From the NCBI GenBank assembly GCA_977017645.1, contig OZ360233.1, positions 19,592,001 to 19,656,000 of the forward strand: a stretch of DNA of 64,000 bases. Direction: 5' to 3'. A program made the position numbers and the translations under genes. A model generated the notes under the pieces. That model was not told where the DNA came from. It saw only the letters and a program-made list of their open reading frames with translations, and made no database searches. This DNA comes from Torpedo marmorata. Its lineage: Eukaryota. The stretch's first letter is position 1. Each line of letters opens with the position of its first letter. Shown here piece after piece: positions 23,885-38,519 of this stretch.

Positions 23885-25740
23885 ATAGAACAGTACAGCA
23901 CAGAAAGTAGGCCATTTGGCCCTTGTAGTCTGTGCCGAAATATTATTCCGCTAGTTCCATTGACCTGCACCCTCCAGACCTCTCCCACACATGTATCTAT
24001 CCAATTTATTCTTAAAACATAAGAGTGAACCCGCATTTAACACGTACGATGGCAGCTCGTTCCACACTCCAACTACTCTCTGAGTGAAGGCGTTCCCCCT
24101 GAAGATACTCCTAAACCTCTCCCCTTTCATCCTAAAGCCATGTCCTCTGGTATTTATCTCTCCTATTCTACGTGGAAAGAGCCGACTCGCATTTAGTCTG
24201 TCAAAACCTCTCATAATTTTGTAAACCTCTATCAAATCTCCCCTCATTCTTCTTCACTCCAAGTAATAAAGTCCTAACCTGCTTAACCTTTCCCTGTAAC
24301 TCAACTCCTGAAGATCAGGCAACAATCTACCAAATCGTCTCTGCAGTCTTTCAAGCTTACTGATATCCTTCCTGTAGTTTGGCGACCAGACCTGCACACA
24401 ATACTCCATATTTGGCCTCACCAATATCTTATACAACCTCATCATAACACCCCAACCCCAATACTTTGATTTATGAAGGCCAAAATGCCAAAAGCTTTCT
24501 TTACAACCCTTTCTACCTGTGACGCCACTTTCAGGGAATTATATATCTGTATTCCCAGATCCCCGTGTTACTCCACACTCCTCAGTGTCCCAGAATTTAC
24601 TGTGTATGTTCTACCTTGGTTTGTCCTTCCAAAATACAACACCTCACACTTGTCTGCATTAAATTCCATCTGCCATTTTCTGGCCCATTTTCCAAGTTGG
24701 TGCAGATCCCTCTGCAAGTGTTGAAAGCCTTCCTCGCTGTGTACAGCGCCTCCAATCTTAGTGTCATCAGAAACCTTGCTGATCCAATTTACCACATTAT
24801 CATCCAGATCATTGATATGGACAACAAACATCAATGGTGCCAGCACCGATCCCTGTGGCATACCACTAGTCACAGGCCTACAGTCTGAGAAGCAATCATT
24901 CACTACCACTCTCTGTCTTCTCCTATACAGCCAATTTCGAATCCAATTTATAACCTCCCCATGGGTACCCAGAGTCCGAACCTTCTGAACTAACCTCCCA
25001 TGTGGGACCCTGTTAAAGGCCTTAATAAAGTCCATGTAGACAACATCCACAGCCTTTCCTTCATCTACCTTCTTGGTAACCTCCTCGAAAAACTCTATAA
25101 GTTTCGTTAAACACGACCTACCATGCACAAAGCCATGCTGAGAATCCCTAATCATCCCTTAGCTTTTAAAATACTGGTATATCCGATCTGCCATAACATA
25201 TTTCAACAATTTACATACTACTGACGTCAGGCTCACCGGCCTGTAATTTCCTGGTTTACTATTGGAGGCTTTTTTTAAACAACGGAACAACGTGAGCTAA
25301 CCTCCAATCCTCCGGGCCCCTGGAATTTCTACACTATTCTCCTTCGCGGGCCGAGGGAATATCATGTCAGGCCCGGGGGATTTATTTACCTTTATTCGCT
25401 GTAAGGCAGCAAGCACCTCCTCCTCTGTAATGTCTATATGTTCCATGACACTACTGCTTGTTTCCCTTCCTTCCTTAAACACTATGCCAATTTTCTGAGA
25501 AAATAGTTTTGCAAAAAACGGTTTAAGGTCTCACCAATCCCGTGAGGATCCACACATAGACGACCTCTCTGATCTTCTAGGGGACCAATGTTGTCCCATT
25601 CTATCCTTTTAGTCTTAATATACTTGTAGAAACCCTTCACACTATCTGCCAAAGCATCTTCATGTCTTCTTTTTGCCTTCCTGGTTTCCTTCTTAAGTAT
25701 ATTCTTACATTTTATATACTGTTCAAGTACAGTACATACA
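23885..25740 (-). mobile_element. CR1 LINE ORF2 fragment (RT)
   Basis: 'SQHGFVHGRSCLTKLIEFFEEVT', 'VTSGMPQGSVLAPLMF' and 'YCVQVWSP'. Confidence 0.95.
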
Positions 25741-26303
25741 TTCTCACGGCCCAACTCTGGTGTTCTGGTGTTTCCAATACTTCTATTTAACTTTGTTTCT
25801 ACTTCTAGTTCTCTCATCTCTACACGTTTAATAATTTAGTTTTCTATCTGGATAACTTCGTTATTAATGTCATTGTGGGGAGGATGAATTTGATGTCAGT
25901 GCGCACAGCTACACAACGACATCACTTTTTGTTTTTATGTTACTTCCTTTGGAATTTAGAGGTAGGGCACGTTAACAGGCCCTTTCAATTACATTTGAAT
26001 GATCAGGAGCAAGAGATAGATACAGTTAACGAAATATATCATGAGCATTTTCCCAAGCGGGGCTCGATCAGAAAGTGGAACTCGTCACTGATGGGTAAAT
26101 ATAGGTAAATAACAAAATATATGAAGAAATGTGAAGGAATGTGGAATAAGGAATTCGAATACACGCTGATGAGTTGAAGTCAGCATGCGTCATGGATGAC
26201 AGTGTGAAGCACAGAAACACATAGCACATGGCACCCTATTATTTTCTGTGAAGCTAATTCACTTTTATGTGATGGACGCTGTGAGCTGTGCCGCTCCTTA
26301 TTA

Positions 26304-27990
26304 TAGACGACACTTGCTTCTTCTGATCTCCTAATTTCAAAGTATCATCTTCGAATGCGTGAGCTACGATATTCCGAATTATCATCCCTTAAATCCAATA
26401 AATCAAGTTCTGTGGCATTTACTTTTGTAGTTTTAATTCGTTCATTAAGCGTATAACATTTTAAATAGTTTCGCAATCCAACTTCCATATAGTTGAATAA
26501 TAAAGCATTTACGGTCTTTAAGAGATACAAAAACATTTAAAGAGATGCAAACAATTCAAAGAAAATTTTCTCGTGCTTACGCCACTTCACATCTCGTAGA
26601 ATTAAAAACAAGCCCAAGGGTCTGGGCGGATATTACGACATATTACATCATAATCACTATAGTAACACTACAAACAATAGTTCTGTTAAAGAGACAGATA
26701 TATAGTGAACAAAGAATCAAAACACAAAGTTTTAACCTTTACATTCCGACCCCTAATTATTATAATAGACATTAATTGGCATATATATAATAATTATTAT
26801 TACAGATTACAGTAAATATAGTAAGCATAAGATTAAAAATAAAAACGTTAAGCTTCCTGTGAAAGACAGATTTTAGTAATATGTCTATTTAAGTAACAAG
26901 TCTTGGTTTTAATCCGCACTTGCCGAACGAATCCCTTCTTGTCTGGAACTATATCCACAATTCTCCAAGCAACCAAGAATTACTTGGTGAAGAATCGTCC
27001 ATGATAATTACAATATCTCCACGTACAAAATTGAGTTTTACTTTGGACCATTTTTGTCGTTCTTGTAATAATGAAAGATATTCTTTAATCCATCTTTCAC
27101 AAAACAAATCTGCAATAAATATCCCTTTTTTCCATCTAACACTGGCATAAATATCTTCTTCTTGAAATTGACCTGGAGGCATCGAACGTTTAGATTTAAG
27201 AATCAGGAGATGATTTGGTGTAAGTGCCTCGATGTCATTCGAATCGACTGAATTTTTTGTTATTGGACGACTATTTAATATAGCTTCAATTTCACACAAA
27301 ACTGTTTGAAGATTGTCATCATTGAGTATTTGACTATTCAAAATGGAATTAAGAATTTTTCTAATTGATCTAATCATTCTTTCCCACACACCTCCATGAT
27401 GTGATCCTGTAGGTGGGTTAAATATTCAATTAATTTCTATCTGAACTAATAAATCATGAACCTGATGTTGATTCCATTTTTGAATTGCTTTTCGTAACTC
27501 AAGTAGAGCTCCTATAAAGTTAGATCCATTATAAGGACGTAATTCCTATACTTGACCACGTCTGGCTATAAAACGTCGAAGAACATTGATAAAATAATCT
27601 GTATCAAGCGATGACGCTACCAATATGAATTGCTCTTGTAGTCAAACAAGTAAAGGGCTCAAGCCTGAAACGTCGGTTATGTATTTCTACCTTTGCTACA
27701 TAAAAGACACTGTTTGACCTGCTGAGTTCTCCAGCTTTTCTGTTTTTTAAAAATAGCTCCATATCGTTTTTCTATACTGCTTCCTCGCTTTACTTGAAAA
27801 GACCCGAAATAATCAACACCCACGTATGTAAAATGTTTATACCCTTAATCAATGAATTATAACGACAAAAGTAACTGCCACAGAACTTGATTTATTTGGA
27901 TCAAAGGGATGATAATTCCGAATATCGTAGCTCACGCACTGGAATATGATACTTTGAAATGAGGAGATCAGAATAGGCAAGTGTCGTCTA
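26304..27990. repeat. ~160-bp inverted repeat (26304-26462 and 27830-27990) bracketing the Bel/Pao fragment
   Basis: TAGACGACACTTGC..GCGTGAGCTACGATATTC..AATAAATCAAGTTCTGTGGCA and its reverse complement. Confidence 0.9.
26465..27829 (-). mobile_element. Bel/Pao LTR retrotransposon: integrase C-terminus, PPT and probable 3' LTR
   Basis: 'GGVWERMIRSIRKIL..EIEAILNSRPIT..ALTPNHLL..LLQERQKW' and 'GVDYFGSF'. PPT ATTAGGGGTCGGAA is followed by TGTAAAG at 26743. A short Penelope tail is nested at about 27655-27750. Confidence 0.9.
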
Positions 27991-28779
27991 CAACTCCATT
28001 GATTTCAGCCAACAAGGTGAGGCGTTGATTGAAGAAGGCAGCCAACATCGGAAAGACCCTATAACTCCCTCGTAACAACCTCTTCTCAGTTCTTCCTTCG
28101 GGGACAACAACTAAAGAATCAAGAACCGTTTATTTCCAACAAAGATACGACCCTTGAACCTCCCCTTGCCGCAGGAAACGTGGGCTATCTGAAATATATC
28201 GTCTCTTTTTGCACGATGTTTACGGTATTAATTGTCAACATTGAGTATTATAGACTTTGTGAATTAATTGCAATTAGTTTATGATTTCTATGGTTATATC
28301 ATGATAGATGTTCTTCACATGCAACCGCTTGGATGCAGAAAGCGAGACTTCAGGCGAACGTGAGGTTTTTCAATGTGTCGTCTAGTTGACAGTGGCGAAA
28401 ACCTCAATTTCTAGGGTATGAATCCACAATTTCTACCCCACATCCATTCTTCCGCAATACTCCCTGTGAAAACAATTTAGAAATGGAGTGAAACTGCGTG
28501 ATAAAATCGTGGCAAGAAACATATCATTCATATATTTAACACCTTGTTTTCCGTTTTGTGTGAAATATTTTTTCAGATTCAGTTTAAGCCTGCAGGTCCC
28601 CCTTTTCCCCAGTGATCATTCTCATTTAGGGCTGTTCAAAATGCTGCCTACCTGACATGCGTCCAGCTGAACTTTGATCGTTACAATTGCCTATTTGGCT
28701 TTTACGAACCCTTGCCGTGTGCTTCAATCCGAACTCGGCCTTGTGGAGAATGAAAATCTACGTTACCTTTCATTTGCAA

Positions 28780-29300
28780 ATCAACTTTATTGAACTTCCT
28801 GAAGTTTATACATCAAGGTAAATTATTTCTGCCAGTTTACACTCATTTATTTTAAGTACCCCATTCAGAATATCGCGTCGTTTCCTCTGTTCAGGTAAAA
28901 TCCCCACATTCAGTTGTTTTTTTTGCACTTCTGATATACCTCATGACTGAGATAGTATTATTTTTCGTGCTTACTTTTGTGCCTTCGATAAACGATTCAT
29001 GAATTTTCGAATGAGATCCATCCAGAAATGTACACGATATGATAACTCAATTGTGGTAGTATTCTCTAAAGTACATTTAAACTCTTTAATCTTCCACTCC
29101 GATTCCCTGACGACGAAGCCCAGCGCTTTGTACACTCTACAGCTACTATCAAAGACTTCCTTGTTCAAATGAACTGTACACATTTGACACAAAAGTCTTA
29201 CTCTTTGAATATCCATTATAAAACGCTGTTGACTCCTTCATGTAGACACATTTCCTTTCAGAAAAAAAACAACAATCAATATCTCTTAATATTCCAGTTC
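28780..29300 (-). mobile_element. Very old CR1 LINE fragment
   Basis: Remnants 'YKALGFV..', 'ELSYRVHFW' and 'KAQK' correspond to the CR1 3' ORF2 region. Confidence 0.5.
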
Positions 29301-29779
29301 ATCTTCCGTCGCTCTCTTCATCTCCATTGTCTGTCAATACTTAATTGAAATCCATGCCTAATTTCCTCTCAGTGCAAAGTATTTTCCTTTAATGCACACA
29401 TATAGAAATAATGTCATGTGGAATCAAAGCCAAGTGACTAACCCATGATAGAGAAATCGATAGTAAGGTAATTTCAACATAAATTGCTTTCGTTTTAAAA
29501 TAAATAAACAAAATATTATTTCCCTCGGTAACTTCTCCGCTCACATTCCTCCGTCCGCTTTACTTTCACGGGCTTTCTTGCTATGAAAGGTCTTCATTTT
29601 GTTGAAGCCCTTTGAACATTCCAAACATGTACTCTCCTCACCAAATATTCCACCGGTTTGCGCCTTCGCTTTTGTCACACAAGTCGAAATTTGTCTGCAT
29701 TAACTCAACAGTGATTGCTCTCCGTTCCTTAACATATTATCAACTAAGCTCAAGTCAGTTGCATTAATAAACCTGTGCA

Positions 29780-30365
29780 TACAATGACGACATACAAAGT
29801 GGCAATTCCGGAGGAAGCTAGAGTCAGAGACAGATACACGCCAGCTATGGCATGGAGTGCAGGCCATCATAGCCTACAAAGAGATGGCGAACACTATAGA
29901 CGGCTGTGATGCTTCACTACCCGATGAGCTGAACACCTTCTATGCCCGCGTTGAGAAGAAGAACCAAACAGTGCCTACTGGAATCCCTGAAAAGGCTGAG
30001 GACCCTGTGATATCTGTCTCTGAGGGCGACGTCAGAACATCATTCAAGAGGGTGAACCCTCGCATGGCATCATGCCCTGATGGCGTACCTGGCAGGGTAT
30101 TGAAAATCTGCGCCAACCAAATAGCCGGAGTGTTCATGGACATTTTCAACCTCCTCTCATTGCGGCAGTCAGAGGTTCCCACCTGCTTTAAAATGGCATA
30201 AATCATCCCGGTACCCAAGAGGAGTAGTGTGGGCTGCCTCAACGACTACCGCCCAGTAGCACTAACTTCTACTGTGATGAAATGCTTTGAGAGGCTGGTC
30301 ATGGCCAGAATTAACACATACCTAGGCAAAGATCTGGACCACTTCAATTCGCCTATCGTCACAGA
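29780..30365 (+). mobile_element. Rex1/Babar LINE internal fragment
   Basis: 'DASLPDELNTFYAR', 'PDGVPGRVLKICA' and '[21 protein letters not shown]'. Confidence 0.92.
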
Positions 30366-31599
30366 CGAAAGCAACTTGCAACTCCTAAGATGAAACTACG
30401 GGTATAAATTTATGCGTGATTGCAAATGTATTAGAGGATTTCGCTGATTTGCACAAGGATTTGAAGATCGCACCCGGAAAAGCACTGGTCTTTTTCCATT
30501 TGTTAGTAGATCCTCGCGATTTTCAGATTTCCAAGCAAAGTATCAAACCACGTTAAACAGCAAATATATCAATAAACAATCCAGAGGTGTAGTGTGAACA
30601 GACGGTTGCTTATTTCACCAGAAAGGTGAACTTAACTTTTAGCAATCGTACATTTCCACAGATCAAACTCTCCTTTTCCCACTTTGTTTACTGAAAGGGA
30701 TATTTTCATGATAGACGAATTTAATCAAGCCGATCTCAACATGTTTTCAAGGAGAAGCTATTCGGCAGAACATGTTCACAACCTTCTCTTTATTTGATGT
30801 TATACATACCTGTTCAGACAGAAAAGATTACTGTTTTGTTAAATTACCAGATGCAGGAAATGTCAACTATTTTGCTGTTTTAAGGATCTCGGCCTGGGTA
30901 TGTCAAGCGATCACTTGCTATCATTTTCTGTATCCGTTTTTGTTTAGTGTTTTCGCAATATGTATTATATCTGAGCCGCGTCTGGTAATCCTATTTTATG
31001 TTACTCTTTGTACCGATGTCAATAATTGCAATTAACTGTTACTAGAGATGTGTTGTTTAATGAACGGTTCCCAAGTCGCCAAATACTTACTACTCTGTTT
31101 TCGTTCGAATCCACTGCCAACGATAAACATGGGTATTATTTCGTTTTTTTTCTGAAGTTTCGACAACTGATCGTTATTCTCCGTAGAAACCTCCTTTATC
31201 CAATGAACAAGGTTGTGAGTTAAAGGATTTATCTTATCGTTTACTTGCTGGATTTCCATCGCAAGTCATGAAGTTTATTCATCTCGCCATATTCCATGTC
31301 AGGAGGTGAGTGTCACAAACTTTTGACCGGTGGACATTTGATTGGCATGCTAAACTTACGGTTTCGCTTACTCTGGATATTGATACCTTTGATACAATAA
31401 TTGAAATTCTGAAGCAGCGTCAGGTGTGGTCTCGGAGTCAACATCAGAAATTAAAACAAAAATTTTAATTATTTTCTGATGTTTTTGGGACCTAAACGGC
31501 CATCGTTAATAGCTCCACTCCAAGTGTCACTACAATGTAGTCATCCATCCCCTTTGTCGTGTTTTCACTCACCTGAATATTGAAAGGCGTAATGTAATA

Positions 31600-31882
31600 T
31601 TTTATTTTTAAATTTAAATTTTAAATGCAAATTTTAATTTTAGACATATAGCATGGTAACAAACCCTATCTCCCACGAGCCCGTGCCGCCCAATCACATC
31701 CAATTTATATATAAGCCCCGGTACGTTTTGGTGGGTGGGAGGAAACCAGAGCCCCAGGGGAAACCACACGCAGACACGGGGACACGTGCAAATTCATTTC
31801 AGACGGCGCGGGATTGGAACCCAGGTCACGATCGATGCGCTCTTACAGTGTTGCGCTAATCACTACGCTAAGCGTGCAACCC
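31600..31882 (-). mobile_element. tRNA-derived SINE
   Basis: Same family, with an (AAATTT)n tail. Confidence 0.8.
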
Positions 31883-32109
31883 ACAATATATTGAATTTAC
31901 TTTTCTGGTATCTCTTCGTCATATTTTTTTACATTCAATTCTGTCACCTTAAAAGTGGTCATGTGTTTCCTTTCCAGATTACAACCTGTCGAATTCCCAG
32001 CATTGTGTTTTAACAACAATCTTCTCTTGCTATTGCTACATTGCTGGCTTCAGTATCGTGATCAAATTGATTTATTTTCCATGAAACTATAGGAAATGCA
32101 AATACATGA

Positions 32110-34780
32110 ATAAGGCACATATAGAAGTGCAGTACAGTACACGCCCTTGAGCCCGTGATGTTGTTCCGCCCAATATAAACCTACTCAACCACCTAAACCT
32201 TCCTTTCTTCACACCCATAATCGTCCAGTTTTCTTGGATCCATGTACCTATCTCAGAGTATTTAAAATTTCCCGTTGTAACAACCATCAGCGCCAGCTAT
32301 GGGAATGCATTTCAGGCACCCAGCACTCTCTGTGCAGCAACCTTACCTCTTACGTCTCCCCTAAACATTTCTCCCCTCATCTTTAACTAATGTCCTCTGT
32401 TTTTTTCTATTGTCGCCGCCGACTCTCCATCCCATATATTTCTGTTATAATCTTGTAGAACTCCAATCGGTCACCTCTAATCCTTCTTCGCTACAAAGAA
32501 AAGAGCCCTGTATCTGTTAAACCTGCCTCATAAGGTACGTACTCCAATCCAAACCACGTCCTGCTAAATATCATCTACACCCTCTCCAAATCTTGCACAT
32601 CCTTCCTGTAATGAGGCGATCTGAATTGAACACATTATTGAAAGTGCGCTCTCACCAGAAATTTATCGAGCTGCAATATTACCACGCCTCTTGAACTCAA
32701 TCCCCCGACTAATGAAGGCCTTTATAATATAAGGCTTTTTTAATTACCCCGTCAAGCTGCGCAGAAATATTGAGATATCTGTGTATTTGAATCCCCAATA
32801 TCCCATGTTCTTCCACATTGTCAGTTTCCGTGCGGTCCTCCTTCAAAATCGAACTTCAAAAATTAATCACCACATCTATCCGGTTGCAAATCCATCGGTC
32901 ACTTCTCCGCACAACTCTGCATCGTGCCTATATACTGTTGGAACCTACGACAACCATCCAAACCATTCAAAACACATACAGACTTCGTGTCATCTGCAAA
33001 CTGACTGACCCATCCTTCCACGTCTTCGTTAAGGTCATCAATAAAATCACAAAGGGCACCGCTCCCAAACCAGGTCCTATCGGATCTACACGAGTCACTA
33101 ACCTCCAGGCAGAATACCTCCCATCTACTACTTCCCTCTTGTTCTACGCGAATTCCAAATCAGAATCCACACAGCTAATGTTCCACTTTCTCATTTAGAA
33201 AGTCATGGCTCATGTCTCTCTGAATGAGACAATGATGTGGACCGTTGTGGTATATCTTACGATAATCCACATGCATCATCTCCACTACCCTCCTTTCCTC
33301 AATTTGTTTTGTCACTACCTTAAAAACCTGTTAAGGCTCGTGAGGCTCGACCTGACCCTGACAAAGCCACGGTCACCACACTGAGAACACCATGCTTCTC
33401 TAAATACTCGTAACTCCAGTCCCAAAGAATCCACTCCAATCATTTTCCCACCATGACGTCAGACTCACTGGTCTATAATTTCCAGGATACTCCCAATTCT
33501 TTTCAGAACAATGAGACTGAATTTGCCATGCTACAATCCTCCGATGTATCCACTCTAGCCAGCAAGGACGTAGGTATCGTTGCCAACGCCACAAAAAGCT
33601 CCTCTCACGCTTCCTGTCCTCTCCTTGGGACATATCAATCCAAATCTTTCTAAGAATATCCAGTGCTTCCTCTTTCTCAACCTCAACAGTTCCATCATAT
33701 AAGCCTCTTCTATACTGATATCACACTGACCTGCAGTAGGCCACTCTCCTTTGGGAACCCAAAAGCAAACATTCATTTAAGGCTTTCACTACCAACTCTG
33801 ACTCCAGTCAGGTGTCTTATCCTTCATCCTCATGCGGCCGTACATTCTCTCCAGTCATCCTTCTATTTTCAATGCAGGCATACAATACATTCGGGTTTAC
33901 CATAATCCGACTTGCTCAAGTCTTGTCGTGCCCAGTTCATGCTCTCCTTCGCCTTTGTTTCGGTTTGTTACTTGCGACTAGATAATATTAATGAGCCTTT
34001 ACTGACGTTTGCTTCCTAAACCCCATGTATGCTCCCTTATACCTCTTAAATACATGTGTAACCTCTTTGGTCAACCATGGATCCTTTTTTCAACCACCAC
34101 TTCACAGTTTCAGTGGGAAACTCCTATCCAGAATCTTACGCAAGTTGTCCCGGAACATGCCCACGTTACATCTGTCCATTTGTCCGAGAACATCTGTAAA
34201 AGGTAAGGGAGTTGTGGTTAATGTGACGGACATGCTCCCCCACCGAGTTGTCGATGGTAATATCATTACCCAATACGATATCCAGTATGGGGTCTCCTGC
34301 AGTCGGCTTGTACACATGCAGTGGAAGCAATTTCGAGGATGCAGGTGACGAGGGTCAGGACCGGGGGACAAAACGGAATCGAGTTACGCGGATGTGGATG
34401 GGGACGGAATGAACCAGGGGGGAGAAATGCTCAGGCACGAAACGTCGGTTAATTTTCTTTACCTACCATGGCCTCTGCGAGACCTGCTGAATTCCGAGAG
34501 CATTTCTGTGTTTTTACTTTGTCCACGTGCTTTGAGAGGAATTCTTCTTGGACACAGATGACATATTCTGCCCCATCTATGCCCCTTTCAGAACGGAGGT
34601 GCCAGTCAATATTAGGAAAGTTGAAGTCTCCCACAAGCAAAACTCTGTTCTTTTAGCACATTAGTACTCAGTGTCCCGAGCGCCATTGGAGACCAATAGT
34701 GAACCCCAATGGAATGATAGCTCCTTTCCTTCTAAACAATCCCCCGACAACGCCCTCCATTACTGTATCTGTGTTATAGA
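32110..34780 (-). mobile_element. Old CR1 LINE fragments (EN to 3' end) with nested pieces
   Basis: 'PGNYRPVSLTS', 'VGDFNFPNIDW' and a CR1 3' tail near 32120. Confidence 0.8.
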
Positions 34781-35189
34781 CCTTGATCAATATTTATTCA
34801 CCTCTCTTTTATCTTCTTTCTTTCCCTCTGACAGCATCTCAGCCCCGGCACCAGCATTATTAATCGAAATATCTATAACGCCCGCAGAAACGTATTCCAC
34901 TCACTCTAAGGTAAACTCCTGTATTCGGCTTACACCCTGCATTGAAATTAACACATTTCATTTTGTTTTCAAATTGACTACATTTATTCTCCCTCCATGG
35001 CCCTTTCCTTCCTCACAATCTCACTACACATTGCACCAACCTTTCTACCGTCTGCTTCGTTGTGTGCCCGATAATTCTGGTTCAATCGCTCCCGAAAACT
35101 TTTTTAAACCATCTGTAAATGCGCGAACAAACATCTCCGCCAGGATATTGATCACCTTCCAATTCATGGAAAACCAGTGCTTTTTTGTG

Positions 35190-36612
35190 GAGAGCGGATT
35201 GCAGATGTATTGTGAGAATACATACATCATATCATTTACAAACCTGAGATTCTTTTTCCTGCGAGCGAGGCAGAATTACCACTTTTTGGTAGTGCAAAAG
35301 AAAACTGTACTCAGCGTACAAGAAAACAATATAAGAAATGTAAGCAAACTGACTGCAATACAGAGAGAATAAATCAATCGTGCAAAAGTAAGAGTCCATA
35401 AATGAGTTCTTCATTGAGTTTGTTGTTGAAGAGTTTGATGGCGGAGGGGTAGCAGCTGATCCTGTACCTGGTCGTTCGAATCTTGTAGCACCTATACCCC
35501 TTTCCTGATGTGATGTGGATTCTGGGACGTCAACATTCCCTGTAGATGTTCCAGATGGTGGGGAGGGTTCTGCGTGCTATCTCCTGGGCTGTGTTTTCTA
35601 CCTGTTGAAGGGCTTAACGTACAGGATATTGGTGTGACCACACCAGAACGTGATGCACCCTGTCAACACACTTTACATCGCACATCTGTAGAAATTTTCC
35701 GGGGTTTCGGACGTCATATTAAACATCCGAAAAACTCCTGTGAAAGTAGAGACGCGGATGTGCTTTGTTCACGATGCCATTAATGTGTTATGTCCAAGAA
35801 AGCTCCTTCGAGATCGTGACTCCCAAGAACTTAAATATACTCTCCCTATCGACGTCTGACACCGGTAATATCACTGGATCGTAAACATCTTGGTTTCCTT
35901 TCCAGAAGTCAACAATCAGTACCGTGGATGTGGTGACATTGAGTGCGACATTGTTGTTGAATCGTACCTTGCCCAGAAGAGAACCAAATGATCCATAAAC
36001 GTGAATCCCTGCCCCTGCATCAATTATACAGAAGCGCATTCATCTGCAATGTCTGCTTAATGTTAGGCGTGACACAGGCAGAAATTCTGAGATTACTTCC
36101 TTTGAGGTACTTCCTTTCTTATTTGGAAACCTGTATTCTCTCCTTCGGACCTCATCCTCTTTTTTTACCAATGTTGTTGATATAAATATATATCACGTCT
36201 TCTGACTTCTCCCACTCCCTTTTAGGGATACCATGGACCCGATCCGAGCCGACCATGTCGCTGGCAACAGTTATCACAAGCTCTGTTGTCACTGTTACCA
36301 TCAGGAAAGAGGTATAGGTGCCACAGAACTCGCACCATCAGGCTCAGGAACAGCTGTTCTGGCTCCGCCATCAGACTCTTCAACAGTAAACTCAATCAGG
36401 GATTCATTTAATGACTTTTGTTCGTTATTGCTTTTTTCTCTCTCTGTATTGCACAGTAGGTTTGTTTACATTCCATTATTTGTTTACATGTGTACATTGT
36501 GTACATTTTTGCAGTACCAATAAGTGGTCATTCTGCCTCGCCCGCAGGAAAAACAATCTCCGGGTTGTATTTGATGTCATGTTTGCACCCAAATAATAAA
36601 TCTGAATTCTGA
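35190..36612. mobile_element. Two Rex1 3' fragments (35190-35980 minus; 36240-36612 plus)
   Basis: Match by eye to the 3' region at 5086-5900, including 'FKFLGVTISKELSWT'. Confidence 0.8.
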
Positions 36613-36619
36613 AACTGTC

Positions 36620-36980
36620 CGGCAACAAACCATCTGGGTGTCTCTTTATTGTCCATGCAAGGTCCTGTCTGCTCCTCTAACGATTCAATCCCCTTTCACT
36701 GCTGCTATCCCTATCGATGCTCTTCGCTTGTGTGCTGCAGGACCAGGCTCAGTGCCGGAGATCTGGTAATTGCGGTTTTCCCTGGTAGGTCGTTCCCCAA
36801 CAGTATTCCAAACGGTATGCTTATTATTGATCACAACAGCCACAGGGATAATCGTTCTCTCCCTATTTGTTTGCTGTTCCTTTCCCTCACCTGACACACC
36901 ACCACCGAGCTGCCCCCTGCAGCTTCAATGTGATTTCACGCCTGTAGCTCTTATCTATGTACTCCAGATGCTCACGTAAG
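36620..36980 (-). mobile_element. CR1 ORF1 (esterase-type) remnant
   Basis: 'INNKHTVWNTVG' and the 'VKGD*IVRGADR' remnant of the IGDSIVRG motif. Confidence 0.55.
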
Positions 36981-37344
36981 AACTTAAAGTCCGAGATGAA
37001 GCTCCAGTTACCTCACACGGTTTGCAAGGAACTGCAACACGATTCACATCGTGCAGATTGCAAGTTTCGAAGAAATCCCACATCTCACAAGAAACGCACT
37101 CCACTAACTTTGTTTTCATTAGTAATATTCTACCCGGTCAAAGAATAAATAATCATAAAATCTCACCAAAGTCTTCCCTCAGTTTCCAGTCTTCGAATAA
37201 TGATTAAGTCACTTTGAACGCCTGACAGCCACATTCGCTGGAACAACAACTAAAAATAACAAATATATCGCCGTCCACATAATCTACTAATAAACTCGAA
37301 TGATAATTATGAGATATTTGATATATTTTCCTTTCTGTCTTTTG

Positions 37345-38229
37345 CGTCGAATATAGTTACAATTGTGATTATATGTCACGGAAGGTGCGGCCTCCGAAAA
37401 TTCACCACACGCCATTTGGTGTTCATGGCAGTGGAGAATTTCATGGTCATCGTTACTGTGGCAATATAAAGAAGGCTGCCGGCGAGTTATTCCCAATAGG
37501 TTTCTCAAAAACACTCCGGGCTGAAAACTCGTTGTTGTTCTCATCTGCTTGGATTCCAAAGGCATATTACAGCTGTTTAACGGTCGCTTTCACCTTTGAT
37601 CAGTTCATCGCAATTTCCAACCAGCAATTATTACTCCGTTACTACACTGATAAAACCGCGACTGTCATCATTGGAAACATCTACAGATTAGGCTGCTTGA
37701 GAAAAAAAAAGTGTGCTACCAAGATAACCGACCTTGGTACTGCACCATCAAGAAATTGTATTATACTTCAGAAGCATGAAAGGTGATGACTGCCTGAACT
37801 GCAGTTTAACCCAATTTTTCCCGTTCCTGCGAATATTTTTGCTGAATGTTCTGACCGTAAGGTATATTGCGGCACCCAGTAGCGCCAGCGGGAGTCTACA
37901 GTCCCAGAAAAATGGAGAAAGCAGAGGGATCCCAAGATGGAGAGCGAGAGAATTCCAATAAATTTACCCATGGACATCTCGGGCAGCGTATCCAATTGAG
38001 TATAACTTATGTTATGAATTTCCTTTCAGTAAAATTTAAAAGTAAGAACTTTGCCAACGTGTCTGATTGCAATGATCAAACATTTGGCATTCAAGATATT
38101 GTATGTATGTTGCAGCATTTTAGTTATTGAATGTAGTCATGTATTTTGCGGTCACTCAGATTAAGTTCAGAGAGCAATTGAAGATATGCTTAAATTCCCA
38201 TTTTCACCATTTCCGCAATCAATAAATGA
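37345..38229 (+). pseudogene. GPR139/GPR142-like GPCR pseudogene (main exon)
   Basis: 'NIVTIVIICHGRCGLRKFTTRHLVFMA', 'LTVAFTFDQFIAI', 'LLNVLTVRYI', 'DPKMESER' and 'FAVTQIKFREQL', with several frameshifts. Confidence 0.85.
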
Positions 38230-38519
38230 TTCAGTGTAACGCTGGTGTAAAAAGATATCTGTCAAAAATTATATGTCAGGGAATTAAGTCGAACGATGCA
38301 AATAGCCTGTCTTCTACCTGTGTCCCACATGAAATGCATGTTTTGGCCACCTCTACTGGCGATGTGATTTATTTATAAATGGAGAATAACTGTTTGCGAT
38401 CGGTCTCCTGGTATATAATTTTTCACTTCTCAAATGCAACTCAGAATTGTATCTTTTGTTCCCAATGAATAAGAACATTAATTATTTTAAATGATTTAAC
38501 AAGGCCAGAATTTATATTC

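Noticed and set aside
23448-23915. ORFs spanning N runs (also at 45.2 and 61.5 kb)
   Set aside because: Artefacts of assembly gaps.
30370-31225. Possible further GPR139-like relic on the + strand
   Set aside because: Only faint motifs such as 'LKFRQL'; too decayed to support by eye.
34671-35372. 233-aa ORF
   Set aside because: It runs antisense through CR1 and Rex1 debris and has no recognisable domain.
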